Source: Longimicrobiales bacterium (GTDB lineage Bacteria; Gemmatimonadota; Gemmatimonadetes; Longimicrobiales; Gaopeijiaceae). Taken from it: a DNA stretch of 64,000 nt. The stretch spans positions 736,001 to 800,000 of the forward strand of contig CAXXKM010000002.1 of assembly GCA_963664435.2 (NCBI GenBank). Direction: 5' to 3'. Made by a program: the position numbers and the translations under genes. The notes beneath the pieces are model-generated. The model saw only the letters and a list, made by a program, of their open reading frames with translations, was not told where the DNA came from and made no database searches. This document shows positions 39,886-49,726 of the stretch, piece after piece; within the stretch, counting starts at the first letter, position 1, and each line of letters begins with the position of its first letter.

Positions 39886-42243
39886 CTACCCGATCAACCG
39901 GCGCAGGGCGGCGATTTCGTCCTGGATCGAGCGCTCGATATCGTCGGCACGGCGGTCGGCGTCGAGTTCCTCGATCTGCGTCTCGATCTCGCGGATCTTG
40001 CCGTCCAGGTCGTATTCCTCGATCTGCGACTCGAGCTCCGCGATCCTGCCATCGAGGTCGTATTCCTCGATCTGTGCTTCGATGGCGGCTACGCTCCCCG
40101 CGAGATCATACTCCTCGATCTGCCCTGCCAGTTCGGCCAGCCGCACTTCCAGGTCATCTTCCACGCGCTGCGTCGAATCCCGATACACCTCGTCGAGCGT
40201 CTCCAGACTCTCACGCAGCCGTTGCACACTTTGCGACAGCCCGTTCAGAGCCTCGCGCACGGCCGTCGCTTCCGGAACCTGCCCCGCTCTCCCGAATGCC
40301 CGGGACCAATCGACATCGTCCAAGGACCGCGTCGCACCCTGAACGTCGATTCGGTCGACGCGGTAGACTCGTTCGGCAGCTTGCCGGACCGCTGCAAGCG
40401 GTCCCTGCAGCCGGATGGCGCGAACCCTGGCGGAAGCCATCTGCGCGTGCAGTCCGGCAACATGCGCCCTGAGCGAAGCGATCTGACCGTCCAACGTCGC
40501 AACGTGCCAGCGGTGAGACGCGATCCTTCCCTGGAGCGTCGCGACCCAACCCCTGTGGGACGCGATCTCGCCGCGGAGGCTGGCTTCCCTGCCGCGAATC
40601 TGCTGCGCCTCACCGGAGCGTGCCAACACGGTGAACATCAAGTCGCGCCAATCCCGGGCCTCGGCGTCCAACGGTTGGGGCCGCCCATCGATGCTCCAGT
40701 CGTACTCGAGGCCATCGGGACCCGATGTGATGACCATCCGATGCAACATCTCGGCCTTCGACTGCAGCACCACCCAGCTGGCGGCATCCATGCTCTCAAG
40801 GGTTGTGCCGCTTGCGGTCATGACGACGTCGCCACGGCTTCGCATGCAGAGCTGCATCCCGTCCACGGTCGTCTGGACGGTCGTTGATCCACCGTCCCGC
40901 GTCTGGCGTACGCTCCAGAGATTGCAATCGAGCTCCTGCAGGGAGATGACTGCCGGGGGCTCCGGCACCGCGGTCTCCGGAGTGGTTGGCTCCGGCACCG
41001 CGTTCCCCGGGGACGCCGGCTCCGGCACCGGGTCCGCTTCCGCCATCGGCTCTGGTGAGGGAGCAGGAATCATGCGCTCCTGCGGTTGCGCCTCGCCCGA
41101 GGCCGTCTCCTCCACGTGGGGAGCGGGCTGCGCGGCCGAATCCCCCGGGACCGGATTGGCGCAGGCGATGAGCGTCCCCGCCACGCTGATGCCCGCCAGC
41201 GCGGCGGTGGTGCGGGCGAGCGAATAGCGGGGGCGATCCTGCTTCAGGATGGACATGATCCGGTTCTCCAGTTGCGAGCGCTGCACCATGGGGAGGGCCA
41301 GCACGGCGGGACCGTCCTTCGTCTCCGACGCGAGCGAGAACAGGTGCCGGGCGTACGCCGAGGGGCGGGTGCCGAGCGCCAGCACCTCCTCGTCGCATGA
41401 TCGCTCGGCGGCGATGGTCGCAGCCCGCCACGCCAGCCAGCTGAGGGGGTGGAACCAGTAGAGCGCCACGGCGGCACGTCCAACCACCTGTCGGAGCGCG
41501 TCCCGGCGGCGGGCATGGACCAGTTCGTGGGCCAGTACTACCCCACGGCGCTCCGGCGACCAGCCTTCCGCCGCGGACGGCAGAAGGATCACCGGTCGCC
41601 ACGCGCCGCCCGCCATCGCCGTGGCCACACTCGAGCTCATCAGGACTCGGACTTCGTCCCGAACGCGCAGGCGCCTTCGGATGGTCCTGAACTGTTGCAG
41701 CCAGGCCGGATTTCGCACCGGGACCGCTTCGCGGACCAGCTTCCGGAAGCGGAGGCCTCCGACTCCCAGAGACGTAAGCGTTGCAACACAGCCCAGAGCC
41801 CAAACCAGGAACGCGATGCCGGCGGGGGTCACCGGGACGGGCTCGCCGCTTGTTCCGGGCCCGGCCGCGCGTGACGCCAGCGTGCCGGAACCGGATGAGG
41901 CCATCGAGCCTTCGATCCGGCGCGGGGACCCGAATGAGGTGGTTGAGCCGCGCATCCCGGGCGCAACTCCTGCCGCCGGTGCCTCCTGGGCCGCCATCTC
42001 GAAGGACGGGCCCTCGGCCTCAACGCCCCTCTCCGGCAGGATGGGCACCGACCACGACGGGCCCAGCAGGCTCACCACCGGCAGCGCCAGCAGCACGACA
42101 AACGTCGTCGTCCATAGCAGGTGCAGGGTTCGGGCTGATCCCCGGCGCGCGAGCCACGCCAGGGCCAATGCCAGGCAAAGGACCAGCGTTGCCCTCGCGG
42201 CAAGTCCAGCCACACCGGCTGCGGCAGCGTCCAACCCGCTCAC
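39886..42243 (-). CDS. BlaR1/M56 family metallopeptidase with repeat-rich coiled-coil C-terminus
   Basis: N-terminal TM helices, LAHELVH (HExxH), YWFHPL.W, E..CD..V, LENRI.SIL, then PEP-rich, 14-aa and 16-aa repeats. Confidence 0.9.
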   Translation of the reverse strand: MSGLDAAAAGVAGLAARATLVLCLALALAWLARRGSARTLHLLWTTTFVVLLALPVVSLLGPSWSVPILPERGVEAEGPSFEMAAQEAPAAGVAPGMRGSTTSFGSPRRIEGSMASSGSGTLASRAAGPGTSGEPVPVTPAGIAFLVWALGCVATLTSLGVGGLRFRKLVREAVPVRNPAWLQQFRTIRRRLRVRDEVRVLMSSSVATAMAGGAWRPVILLPSAAEGWSPERRGVVLAHELVHARRRDALRQVVGRAAVALYWFHPLSWLAWRAATIAAERSCDEEVLALGTRPSAYARHLFSLASETKDGPAVLALPMVQRSQLENRIMSILKQDRPRYSLARTTAALAGISVAGTLIACANPVPGDSAAQPAPHVEETASGEAQPQERMIPAPSPEPMAEADPVPEPASPGNAVPEPTTPETAVPEPPAVISLQELDCNLWSVRQTRDGGSTTVQTTVDGMQLCMRSRGDVVMTASGTTLESMDAASWVVLQSKAEMLHRMVITSGPDGLEYDWSIDGRPQPLDAEARDWRDLMFTVLARSGEAQQIRGREASLRGEIASHRGWVATLQGRIASHRWHVATLDGQIASLRAHVAGLHAQMASARVRAIRLQGPLAAVRQAAERVYRVDRIDVQGATRSLDDVDWSRAFGRAGQVPEATAVREALNGLSQSVQRLRESLETLDEVYRDSTQRVEDDLEVRLAELAGQIEEYDLAGSVAAIEAQIEEYDLDGRIAELESQIEEYDLDGKIREIETQIEELDADRRADDIERSIQDEIAALRRLIG

Positions 42244-42623
42244 CGTCCCTCCTCCGCGGCTTCATCGATCATCGCCTTGATGCGCTCGCGCTCGGCCGGG
42301 GTCAGATCGCTTTCCCGGAGCTTCAGGAGCGTGGCGACCGCGCCTTCGACGGAGCCGCCGAAGAACGTCGACAGGACGTGACGCATGGCGGAGCGGCTCG
42401 CCCGGGGCACCGGCGTCGTCGGAGCATAGACGTAGCGGGGTCCGTCCAGCTCCCGGGTCAGGTGTCCCTTGTTGATCAGGATGCGCAGGATCGAGCGCAC
42501 GGCCGAGTCCGTCGGCGGGTCTGCCATGCGCTCCCGGATCTGGACGGCGGTCGCGCCGCCCGACTCGTAGAGGATGTCCATCACTTGACGTTCACGCCTG
42601 CTCAGCGGGGGAAGCTCGCTCAT
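42240..42623 (-). CDS. BlaI/MecI/CopY family transcriptional repressor
   Basis: LSRRERQVMDILY, VRSILRIL..KG, YVY.P, TFFGGS; coupled to the M56 gene. Confidence 0.9.
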   Translation of the reverse strand: MSELPPLSRRERQVMDILYESGGATAVQIRERMADPPTDSAVRSILRILINKGHLTRELDGPRYVYAPTTPVPRASRSAMRHVLSTFFGGSVEGAVATLLKLRESDLTPAERERIKAMIDEAAEEGR

Positions 42624-42683
42624 GTGTCTCGCGCTCCGGCCTGGGTTGTTCGCGGGCCACCGGACGGCACCATAGGACAAGAC

Positions 42684-42699
42684 TGCTGAAAAATCACCA
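42684..42699. promoter_or_regulatory. Imperfect palindrome, candidate BlaI-family operator
   Basis: TGCTGA-AAAA-TCACCA about 60 bp upstream of the repressor start. The operator function is inferred. Confidence 0.35.
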
Positions 42700-42873
42700 T
42701 TCAGTCTCTGCTACCCACCTCGCTGACGATGGATCCGCACGCCGGTGTCACGTCGCGGTCGCCCGAATGCCATCTCTCGCCACAAGCCTTGAAAGATGTG
42801 AGCTTGGGGCGAGCCTCGGTGCGGGAAGACCGGTGGCGCCAATCAGACGTGCACCTTCAGCGGAGCCGGCGCA

Positions 42874-43662
42874 GTGATCTCACTCGAGGGCAGGAACGCG
42901 ATCGTCACGGGAGCGGCGAGAGGCATCGGGGCCGCGTGCGCGCTGGCGTTCGCGCGCCACGGAGCGAACGTGGTGCTCGGGGACGTCCTTGAGGAGGATT
43001 GCGCCGAAACCGCGCGCCGCATTCGCGACGAGACGGGGGCGTTTGCCGTGTCGATTCGGGCGGACGTGGGCCTGGAGGAGGATTGCGCCGGGTTGCTCGA
43101 CGTCTGCACGGAGCATTTCGGAGCCTGCGACATCCTCCTGAACAACGCCGGCATCATCGTCCCGGGATCGATTCTGGACGGCGCCGTCGAGGACTTCGAC
43201 CGGGTGCTGTCGGTGAACCTTCGGGGGACCTACCTGATGTCCCGGCTGGCGGCCCGCCACATGGTAGAGCGGGGTGTCGGGGGGGCCATCGTCAATATGT
43301 CGTCGACCAATGCCGTGGTGACCATCCCGAACCAGCTCGCCTACGCGGTCTCCAAGGGCGGGGTGGCGCAGCTCACCAAGGTGATGGCGATGGCGCTCGC
43401 GCCGCACGACATACGGGTCAACGCCATCGGGCCGGGCTCCATCGCCACGAACATGCTGGACGAGGTGATGGCCGACGAGGAGGCGCGGCAGACGATCCTG
43501 TCGCGGACGCCGATGGGGCGCGTTGGAGAGCCCGAGGAGGTGGCGAGCGTGGCGGTCTTCCTGGCCAGCGACTACGCGTCGTACCTCACCGGCGAGACCA
43601 TCTATCCGGACGGCGGGCGGCTGGCGCTGAACTACACGGTTCCGCTGCGCGACGATGGCTGA
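42874..43662 (+). CDS. Short-chain dehydrogenase/reductase
   Basis: TGAARGIG, NNAG, YAVSK, IRVNAIGPG. Confidence 0.92.
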   Translation: MISLEGRNAIVTGAARGIGAACALAFARHGANVVLGDVLEEDCAETARRIRDETGAFAVSIRADVGLEEDCAGLLDVCTEHFGACDILLNNAGIIVPGSILDGAVEDFDRVLSVNLRGTYLMSRLAARHMVERGVGGAIVNMSSTNAVVTIPNQLAYAVSKGGVAQLTKVMAMALAPHDIRVNAIGPGSIATNMLDEVMADEEARQTILSRTPMGRVGEPEEVASVAVFLASDYASYLTGETIYPDGGRLALNYTVPLRDDG

Positions 43663-46600
43663 AGGTTCCCGTAAGCGCATGGAGGCGCCCGGGGCGCGTC
43701 TCGCGATCGACATCGGAGGCACCTTTACCGACGTGGCGCTGGAGGCCGGCGGGCCGCCTGTCACGACCAAGGTGCTCACCACGCCCGCGGCCCCCGAACA
43801 GGGGGTCCTGTCCGGAGTTCACAAGGTGCTGGAGATCGCGGGCGTGGCGCCCTCGGCGGTCCGGCTGGTTATTCATGGGACCACTCTGGCGACGAACGCG
43901 ATCATCGAGCGCAGGGGTGCGCGCACGGCCCTGATCGTCACATCCGGCCATCGCGACGCCCTCGAGATGGCGCGCGAGAACCGCTTCGAGCAGTACGACA
44001 TCAGCATCGACCGGCCCGAGCCCCTGGTGCCGCGCCGCCTGCGCCTGCCCGTGACCGAGCGCGTCGACCGGGACGGACGCGTGCTGGTGCCGCTGGACGA
44101 GGAGTCGGTGGGCGCGCTGCTACCTCTGCTGGACGTGCACGCGGTCGAATCCGTCGCCGTCGGGCTCATTCACGGCTATGCCAACCCCGAACACGAGCGG
44201 CGGATCGGCGCGATTCTCGCATCGGAGCGCCCGGCGCTTGCGGTGACGCTGGCCTCGGATGTGTGCCCGGAGGTGCGCGAGTACGAGCGGCTCTCGACCG
44301 CCTGCGCGAACGCCTATGTCCAGCCGCTCATGTCCCGCTACCTGGAGGGACTGGCAGAGTCGCTCGCGGCTTCGGGCCTCGACTGTCCCTTCCTGCTCAT
44401 GACCTCCGGGGGCGGCCTCACGACGCTCGAGACCGCCATGGCGGCGCCCGTGCGGCTGGTGGAATCCGGTCCAGCGGGAGGTGCGATTCTGGCGAGCCAC
44501 CTGGCGCGGCGGCTGGAGCTGGGCGACGTGCTCTCGTTCGACATGGGGGGCACGACCGCGAAGCTGTGCGTGATCGACGGGGGCCGGCCCCTGCAGTCGC
44601 GCGCCTTCGAGGTGGCCCGCAGCTACCGCTTCAGAAGGGGAAGCGGCCTGCCGGTACGCATTCCGGTGATCGAGATGGTCGAGATCGGGGCGGGCGGCGG
44701 ATCCATTGCGGCGGTGGACGACCTCGACCGCATCCGGGTAGGCCCGGCGAGTGCCGGGTCGGAACCGGGGCCGGCGGCATACTCCCGGGGCGGGACCGAC
44801 GCGACCGTCACCGACGCGGATGTGGTGCTGGGGCGCATCGATCCGGCCTTCTTTGCGGGGGGCGCGATCCCTCTGGACCGCGAGCGCGCGGCCGCGGCCA
44901 TTCGCAACGAGCCGGGGGCAAGACTTGGACTGGATGAGACGGATGCCGCCCTCGGGATCAGCGAGATGGTGGACGAGAACATGTCCAACGCCGCGCGAAC
45001 GCACGCGATCGAGTGGGGGAAGGGATTGACCGGCCGGACGCTGGTGGCGTTCGGAGGTTCGGCGCCCATCCACGCGGCCCGCCTGGCGGACAAGCTCGAG
45101 CTCGACCGTTTTCTGGTCCCCGCCGACGCGGGGGTGGGCTCGGCGGTCGGGTTCCTGCTGGCGCCGATTTCATACGAGGTGGTGCGCAGCCGCTACATGC
45201 GCCTGTCAGCGTTCGACGCCAGGGTGGTCCGGGACGTCATGCAGAAGATGCGGGCGGAGGCGACCGCCGTGGTCGCGCGGGGCGCTCCCGGCGCCCGGAC
45301 CACCGAGAGCGTGCGCGCCTACATGCGCTACGTGGGGCAGGGCCACGAGATCGGGGTGGTGGTGCCGCCGGAGGTGGTGGCGGGCCCTGGTTCGCTGGCT
45401 GGCGACGGCTCCGTGGACGTCCTGCGGCGGGCCTTCGACGAGGCGTACCGGGCCGTGTACGACCGCGTCATTCCCGGGTTGGACGTGGAGGTGCTGAGCT
45501 GGACGCTGGTGGTGACGGCGGAGGGAGTGCGGGCAGGGGTGGGATCGGTTTCGGACACAGCCTCCGCCGGGTCGGTCGCGGGCGGCGGGATGCGAATAGG
45601 GGAACCGGATTGCACGCCTTCCCGGCCGCCTTCGCCAACCGGTCGGGACCCGGCCGCCGTCGGTCGGATGCATGAAAGGGTATCGGCGGGAATCCCGTCC
45701 GGCTCGGCGTTGCCGGCTGGTCGGGATGCGTCTGCGGGAATCCCACCCTCCGACGCAGGCTCGACCGGTGGCCCGCCCACTACCGCCGCTCCCGCACCCG
45801 CGCCGGTCCGCCGGGCCGAACTGGTCGACGGCACGGAAGACGGCCCGGTCGCGGCGGCCGTCCATCCCCGCAGCGGGCTGGGGGAGGGAGCGCGGGTCGA
45901 GGGACCGGCCCTGGTCGTGGAGACCCAGACCACCACGGTTGTCCCGGGGGGGTGGGGGGCGGTGGTGCTCCCCGGCGGCCACCTCCTGGTGCGCAGAAAC
46001 GGGACACGGTCGCCCGCCTTTCCCGAACTCGAATCTGGCCGCCCGGCACTCGAATCTGGTCGCCTCGAACTCGAATCCGGCCGCCCCGCACTCGAATCCG
46101 GCCGCCCGACGTCCGCAACGGAGGATCCGGCGCCCCCATCGGTGGATCTGGAACCCGAATCCGCCGTTCCCAATCCTGCATCCGGCCGTCCCTCACCCGC
46201 ATCCACGGCGCCCGCGTCCGAATCCATCCCCCGCGCATCCGAGTCCACCCCGCCCGCACGAGAACCTGACCGTCCCACACCTTCATCCAACCGCCCCGCC
46301 CTCTCCCTCCTCCAGGACCAGATCATGTGGAGCCGCCTGCTCTCGGTTGTCGAGGAGCAGGCGCGCACGCTGGTGCGCACGGCTTTTTCCACACCGGTCC
46401 GGGAGGCCGGGGACCTCTCGGCAGGTGTCTTCGATCTGTCCGGGCGCATGCTTGCCCAGGCCGTCACCGGCACCCCCGGACACGTCAACGCGATGGCGGA
46501 ATCGGTGGGCTTCTTCCTGCGCGACCATCCCGTCCCCACCCTCGTCGACGGCGACGTACTCATCACCAACGACCCGTGGGAGGGCACGGGCCACCTGAAC

Positions 46601-47965
46601 GACTTCACGGTCGTCACCCCGGCCTTCGTCGCGGGTCGCCCGGTCGCCCTGTTCGCCGCCACCAGCCACATCGCCGACGTGGGAGGCCGCGGCTTCGGCG
46701 CCGACGCCAACCAGGTGTTCGAGGAGGGCGTGCGCATCCCCATCGGCTACCTGATGCGCGCCGGACGGGTTGACGAAACCCTGATTCGCCTCATCCGCGC
46801 CAACGTGCGCGATCCCGACGTGGCCCAGGGCGACCTCTACTCCCTCGCCGCCTGCAACCGCACCGGCTGCGAACGCCTCGCGGCGATGATGGCCGAGTTC
46901 GACCTCGATTCCCTGGATCCGCTGGCGGAGATGATCGTGTCCGCGTCCCGTCGCGCCATGCTGGCGCGCATCCGCGCCCTGCGTCCGGGCACCTATCGCA
47001 GCCACATGCGCATCGACGGCTACGACCGCGATCTCGACCTCGCCTGCGCCCTCACCGCGGCCCCCGACGGTATCCGCATCGACTTCGACGGCACCTCGCC
47101 CATGTCCCCGCGCGGCATCAACGTGCCCCTCACCTATACGCGAGCCTACGCCTCCTTCGGCGTTCGCTGCGTCGTCGGCTCCGAGGTTCCGAACAACGCG
47201 GGGTCGCTCAGCACCATCTCGGTCGGCGCCCCGCTCGGCTCCATCCTCAACGCGCCCCGCCCCGCCGCCGTCGCCGCCCGCCACGCCATCGGCCAGATGC
47301 TCCCCGACGTGGTGCTGGGATGCCTCGAGCAGGCCATGGAGCCGGGTTCCGTCCCCGCGGAAGGCGCCTCCTGCCTGTGGAACCCGGTGCTGCTCGGAGG
47401 CCCGGGCCTGACCGGCAGCCATCCGTACAGCGGCTCCGAGCCCTTCGTGGTCAATCCCTTCCACACCGGGGGTACGGGCGCCCGCCCGGGCAAGGACGGG
47501 CTTTCGGCCACCGCCTTTCCCTCCGGCGTCCGCAGCACGCCCATCGAAATCACCGAAACCGTCGCGCCGCTCATCTTCTGGAGGAAGGAATACATCCCCG
47601 ATTCCGGCGGTCCCGGCGAGTTCCGGGGCGGCCTGGGCCAGGTCATGGAGATCGCCCACGCCTCCGGCGAGCCCTTCGCGATCTCCAAGATGTTCGAACG
47701 GGTCCGCAACTCCGCCCGGGGCCGCGCGGACGGCCACCGCGGCGCGCTGGGACGGGTCTACGTGCCCGGAGTTGGGAATCTCCGTGCCAAGGGTCGCGAA
47801 GTCGTGCCGCCCGGACACCGAATCATGCTGGAGACCCCCGGGGGCGGCGGCCTCGGCGACCCGCTGCGCCGCTCCCGCAAACGCATCCGCGAAGACGTGC
47901 TCGACGGCTACGTAACCGAGGCCGCGGCGGCGAGGGACTACGGACTACGCTCTACCTCGGCGTGA
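43655..47965 (+). CDS. Hydantoinase/oxoprolinase A-B fusion protein with low-complexity inserts
   Basis: A half: DIGGTFTD, HGTTLATN, ESGPAGG, DMGGTT, AGSEPGP. B half: FST.VRE..D, NDPW.G.GHLND, H..DVGG, EEG, DSGGPG..RGG, TPGGGG.G. Confidence 0.88.
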   Translation: MAEGSRKRMEAPGARLAIDIGGTFTDVALEAGGPPVTTKVLTTPAAPEQGVLSGVHKVLEIAGVAPSAVRLVIHGTTLATNAIIERRGARTALIVTSGHRDALEMARENRFEQYDISIDRPEPLVPRRLRLPVTERVDRDGRVLVPLDEESVGALLPLLDVHAVESVAVGLIHGYANPEHERRIGAILASERPALAVTLASDVCPEVREYERLSTACANAYVQPLMSRYLEGLAESLAASGLDCPFLLMTSGGGLTTLETAMAAPVRLVESGPAGGAILASHLARRLELGDVLSFDMGGTTAKLCVIDGGRPLQSRAFEVARSYRFRRGSGLPVRIPVIEMVEIGAGGGSIAAVDDLDRIRVGPASAGSEPGPAAYSRGGTDATVTDADVVLGRIDPAFFAGGAIPLDRERAAAAIRNEPGARLGLDETDAALGISEMVDENMSNAARTHAIEWGKGLTGRTLVAFGGSAPIHAARLADKLELDRFLVPADAGVGSAVGFLLAPISYEVVRSRYMRLSAFDARVVRDVMQKMRAEATAVVARGAPGARTTESVRAYMRYVGQGHEIGVVVPPEVVAGPGSLAGDGSVDVLRRAFDEAYRAVYDRVIPGLDVEVLSWTLVVTAEGVRAGVGSVSDTASAGSVAGGGMRIGEPDCTPSRPPSPTGRDPAAVGRMHERVSAGIPSGSALPAGRDASAGIPPSDAGSTGGPPTTAAPAPAPVRRAELVDGTEDGPVAAAVHPRSGLGEGARVEGPALVVETQTTTVVPGGWGAVVLPGGHLLVRRNGTRSPAFPELESGRPALESGRLELESGRPALESGRPTSATEDPAPPSVDLEPESAVPNPASGRPSPASTAPASESIPRASESTPPAREPDRPTPSSNRPALSLLQDQIMWSRLLSVVEEQARTLVRTAFSTPVREAGDLSAGVFDLSGRMLAQAVTGTPGHVNAMAESVGFFLRDHPVPTLVDGDVLITNDPWEGTGHLNDFTVVTPAFVAGRPVALFAATSHIADVGGRGFGADANQVFEEGVRIPIGYLMRAGRVDETLIRLIRANVRDPDVAQGDLYSLAACNRTGCERLAAMMAEFDLDSLDPLAEMIVSASRRAMLARIRALRPGTYRSHMRIDGYDRDLDLACALTAAPDGIRIDFDGTSPMSPRGINVPLTYTRAYASFGVRCVVGSEVPNNAGSLSTISVGAPLGSILNAPRPAAVAARHAIGQMLPDVVLGCLEQAMEPGSVPAEGASCLWNPVLLGGPGLTGSHPYSGSEPFVVNPFHTGGTGARPGKDGLSATAFPSGVRSTPIEITETVAPLIFWRKEYIPDSGGPGEFRGGLGQVMEIAHASGEPFAISKMFERVRNSARGRADGHRGALGRVYVPGVGNLRAKGREVVPPGHRIMLETPGGGGLGDPLRRSRKRIREDVLDGYVTEAAAARDYGLRSTSA
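46028..46260. repeat. Degenerate 21-bp (7-aa) tandem repeat in the A-B linker
   Basis: CTCGAATC(T/C)GG(C/T)CGCC units at 46028, 46049, 46070, 46091; the period persists at 46154, 46175, 46196, 46217, 46238. Confidence 0.85.
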
Positions 47966-49037
47966 AGTCCTCGCTCTCGCCCAGGCTGCGCACGAAGGCG
48001 GCGAGCAGGTTCGCGGCCGCGTCCAGGTCGCTCGTGCTGACGATCTCGTTGGGCGAGTGCATGTAGCGGTTGGGAACCGACACCAGCCCGGTCGGGACGC
48101 CGGTGCGCACCAGGTGGATGCCGTCCGCGTCGGTGCGGGTTGCGCGCGGGGCCGCCTGGATGCTGTAGGCGATGTCTTCGGCCTCGGCCACCCGCGTCAG
48201 TCGCTCGAACACGACGGGATGGGCGGCGGACCCTCTGCTGAGCACCGGACCGCCCCCCAGCTCGTGCTCTCCCAGTTCCTTCTTGTTGATGGCCGGGGCG
48301 TCGGTGCTGAAGGTGACGTCGACGACCAGGGCGACATCCGGATCCACGGAATAGGCGCTGGTGCGCGCCCCGCCTCCGGAATAGCCGATCTCCTCCTGCA
48401 CAGTGGCGACCGCCACCGCGCCGGCTGAACCCGGGGACTCCGCCAGCCGGCGGAGCGCCTCCAGCACCACGTAGGCGCCGATTCGGTTGTCGATGGCGCG
48501 CGAGGCGATGCGGTCGCCGGCCAGCCGCACCAGGGCCGCGTCGATCACTGCCGGGTCTCCCACGCGCAACCCCAGTTCACCCGCGGCGTCGCGGTCGCCG
48601 GCCCCGATGTCGATCCAGAGTTCCCGGATCTTGCTGGCCCTGGTTCGATCCGACGCCTTCATCAGGTGGATCGGCTTCTTGCCGATGACGCCGGGCACCT
48701 CGCCCGAGGCGCCGAGAATGCGCACCCGCTGGCCCACGAGCACCTGCGCATCCCATCCGCCGATGGTGTCGAAGTAGAGGAACCCTTCCTTGTCGATGTG
48801 CGTGATCTGGAGGCCGATCTCGTCGACATGCCCGGCCATCATCACCCGCGGCCTGCCCTCGAGATCGACCGCGGCGAAGGAATTGCCGGTCACGTCCGTC
48901 CAGACGCGGTCGGCGAACTCCCTGGCCTGCTGCCGCCAGACCCGCGCGGGCCGGACCTCGAAGCCGGACGGGCCGGGCGCGTTGAGCAGCCGTTGGAGGA
49001 AGTCGATCTCCTGGGTCATCGATCCATTGCGCGTCAT
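47952..49037 (-). CDS. M42 family aminopeptidase
   Basis: GHVDEIG, DNRIG, VQEEIG, VDVT, RYMHSP. Confidence 0.92.
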   Translation of the reverse strand: MTRNGSMTQEIDFLQRLLNAPGPSGFEVRPARVWRQQAREFADRVWTDVTGNSFAAVDLEGRPRVMMAGHVDEIGLQITHIDKEGFLYFDTIGGWDAQVLVGQRVRILGASGEVPGVIGKKPIHLMKASDRTRASKIRELWIDIGAGDRDAAGELGLRVGDPAVIDAALVRLAGDRIASRAIDNRIGAYVVLEALRRLAESPGSAGAVAVATVQEEIGYSGGGARTSAYSVDPDVALVVDVTFSTDAPAINKKELGEHELGGGPVLSRGSAAHPVVFERLTRVAEAEDIAYSIQAAPRATRTDADGIHLVRTGVPTGLVSVPNRYMHSPNEIVSTSDLDAAANLLAAFVRSLGESEDFTPR

Positions 49038-49582
49038 CTATCGTTTCGTTTCTCGGGTTGGATGATTTCTCCGGGGGCCGGAGGGGGCTCGCGCGCCTCT
49101 TCGCCGGAGCTGCCTTTGGAGCCGAATCCTCCACCTCCAGGCCCGAATCCCCATCCGGACGCCTCGCGAGCCCCGGCCTGCCCGCCGAGGGTGGTCACGC
49201 GGATCGAGCCCTCGGCGACCTGGCGCTCGATGCGCCGCTGCATCCGAGCCTGAATCCAGCGCCGGCTGGGAGGCAGCAGAAGCGCGAAGCCGAGCAGATC
49301 CGTGAGCAGCCCGGGAGTGAGCAGCACGGCGCCCCCGATGAGGATGCACAGCCCGTCCATGAGCGCCCGGCCCGGCACGCCGCCCCGCGCCAGCCGCTCC
49401 TGGAACGACCACAGCGCGCGCAGCCCTTCCCGGCGCGCCAGCCACGCCCCGGCCACGCCCGTCAGCACGCAGAGGGCGAGAGTGGGCATGAGGCCGATCA
49501 CGCCACCCAGCCGGATCAGGATGAACAGCTCGAGCAGCGGCACGGCGATGAAGAGGAGCGCGAGCCTGGACAGTATCGACAT
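49034..49582 (-). CDS. fxsA: FxsA family membrane protein
   Basis: LFIAVPLLEL, G.WLARREG, GG..LL.PG..TDLLG. Confidence 0.85.
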   Translation of the reverse strand: MSILSRLALLFIAVPLLELFILIRLGGVIGLMPTLALCVLTGVAGAWLARREGLRALWSFQERLARGGVPGRALMDGLCILIGGAVLLTPGLLTDLLGFALLLPPSRRWIQARMQRRIERQVAEGSIRVTTLGGQAGAREASGWGFGPGGGGFGSKGSSGEEAREPPPAPGEIIQPEKRNDR

Positions 49583-49726
49583 TGGGCGCTCTACCCCGAG
49601 CCGCCGACTCCGGTGCCACCGGGCCGCCTGCAGCGCCCGGCAGCTTGATCGCAGCCGGAGCCTTCGCTTAGTTGCAGGTGTAGCAGCGGTTCCCTCCCAG
49701 TCTTCCCCCATCATCCCGGATCCGGC

